In this document: one piece after another, positions 36,632 through 37,971 of the stretch
Layout: each line of letters begins with the position of its first letter
Position numbering within the stretch: the stretch's first letter is position 1
Assembly: GCA_032718475.1 (NCBI GenBank)
Contig: JAUCBJ010005314.1
Coordinates: 1 to 37,971, forward strand
Source of the DNA: Nemertoderma westbladi
Taxonomy: Eukaryota > Animalia > Xenacoelomorpha
DNA: 37,971 bases
Reading direction: 5' to 3'
The notes under the pieces: generated by a model
Seen by the model: only the letters and a program-made list of their open reading frames with translations
Told to the model about the DNA's origin: nothing
Database searches by the model: none
Position numbers and translations under genes: made by a program

Positions 36632-36786
36632 CTGAAAAGACGTCGATGCGTGATTTGGGTGTGATGCTGAAGAAGATGCCGCAGTACCAACGGGAACTGA
36701 AACTTTACCAAACCCAGTTCCATTTAGCTGAGGACTGTATGAAGCAGTACCAGACAAATGTAGACAAACTCTGTAAGGTGGAGCAG
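36632..36786 (+). CDS. STXBP1: Munc18/UNC-18 exon 8 (gene continues beyond window)
   Basis: ttgcag| [52 protein letters not shown] |gttagt; 155 bp, phase 1-0. Confidence 0.96.
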
Positions 36787-37259
36787 GTTAGTCATGTCTT
36801 AGTCATACAGTAAATAAATGGAGCAGGTTAGTCAGGCCTTAGTCATACAGTAAATAAGTGGAGCAGGTTAGTCAGGCCTTAGTCATACAGTAAATAAGTG
36901 GAGCAGGTTAGTCATGTCTTAGTCATACAGTAAATAAATGGAGCAGGTTAGTCAGGCCTTAGTCATACAGTAAATAAATGGAGCAGTTTAGTCAGGCCTT
37001 AGTCATACAGTAAATAAATGGAGCAGGTTAGTCAGGCCTTAGTCATACAGTAAATAAATGGAGCAGGTTAGTCAGGCCTTAGTCATACAGTAAATAAATG
37101 GAGCAGGTTAGTCAGGCCTTAGTCATACAGTAAATAAATGGAGCAGGTTAGTCAGGCCTTAGTCATACAGTAAATAAATGGAGCAGGTTAGTCAGGCCTT
37201 AGTCATACAGTAAATAAGGGGATCAGGTTAGTCAGTCGTTAGTCATACAGTAAATAAAT
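36780..37259 (+). repeat. 12x 40-bp tandem repeat including exon-8 end and 5' splice site
   Basis: GGAGCAG|GTTAGTCAGGCCTTAGTCATACAGTAAATAAAT with exact period 40 from 36781 to 37221. Confidence 0.96.
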
Positions 37260-37971
37260 ATACAGTCTACATGAAGTGGGGCTTTCGCGCAGCACGTGAA
37301 ATTAACTTATGTAGGGGGAGTGGCTTTCCTTTTTGGAGTCACCACCAGTTTTTGGGGAATTAAAATACTTTTGTTTAAATGCATTGAAATTATACAAATA
37401 TATTTGTTATAGTTTTTACGATGTTTTTCATTGAAAAAATTCATTTCATTTTTTCTCCGTCAACTTCATGGCTCGCCCCACTGCAACGTTCCGTTAATTT
37501 ATAACTTTAGAGTAGAAACCAATGTTTTTGCATAGTTATTTGCATAGTTATTGTCTTTGTATAAATAACACACAGGGCGATAGGCCATTCTCCAACAAAT
37601 GTAGTTATGTAATTTTATCCATGTAAAGTTTCCCAGGATTCAGTTTCCCAACCAAAGCAGCTGCCTGTGGAATTATTTGCCATATCTTATGGCATTTCTT
37701 CCAAGTTTTTTTTATTTTATTTTTTATTTTGTAGTACTAATTTACGACTATCAGTATTGACTTAGTGCTTTATTACAGTTATACTGTAGTCCGCCCTAGG
37801 CTGTTGCATTGTAATGGTACCGGCAGCTGGAGAGCAATAAAGGTTGCTGTATTGAAGGAAATAATATGCTTAAATTACTTTAATTTTATTAATAAATTTA
37901 TATCGTTATGATTAATTACTTTTTAATTTAACGAAACGAACACACTTATTATTCCGTTTTTCGTTTCTTTT

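Overview
Repeat-rich, spliced metazoan (invertebrate-like) genomic DNA, not prokaryotic. The left 15 kb is a transposon graveyard: a 294-bp MITE, two abutting RTE-type LINEs with (TAG)n tails, a decayed RTE-X-like LINE, a degenerate triple-CCHC-knuckle ORF and a possible BEL/Pao gag relic. From 16011 the + strand carries the first 8 coding exons (371 codons, all GT-AG, all phases consistent) of a Munc18/UNC-18/Rop (STXBP1) gene that runs out of the window. Its introns hold an L2 fragment, large minisatellites (21-bp and 33-bp units) and two tandem arrays that each copy an exon end plus its 5' splice site. Two observations stand out. (1) A 4,457-bp CACTG-ended, TA-flanked CMC/EnSpm-like element has no transposase ORF but carries an intact PWWP-domain ORF and arrays of an AAC-N5-GTT motif. 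(2) Stereotyped TA-[CAG/CTG/CGG/CCGG/GGCC]-TA micro-insertions are pervasive; internal controls show they are insertions, and they look like dense transposon excision footprints.
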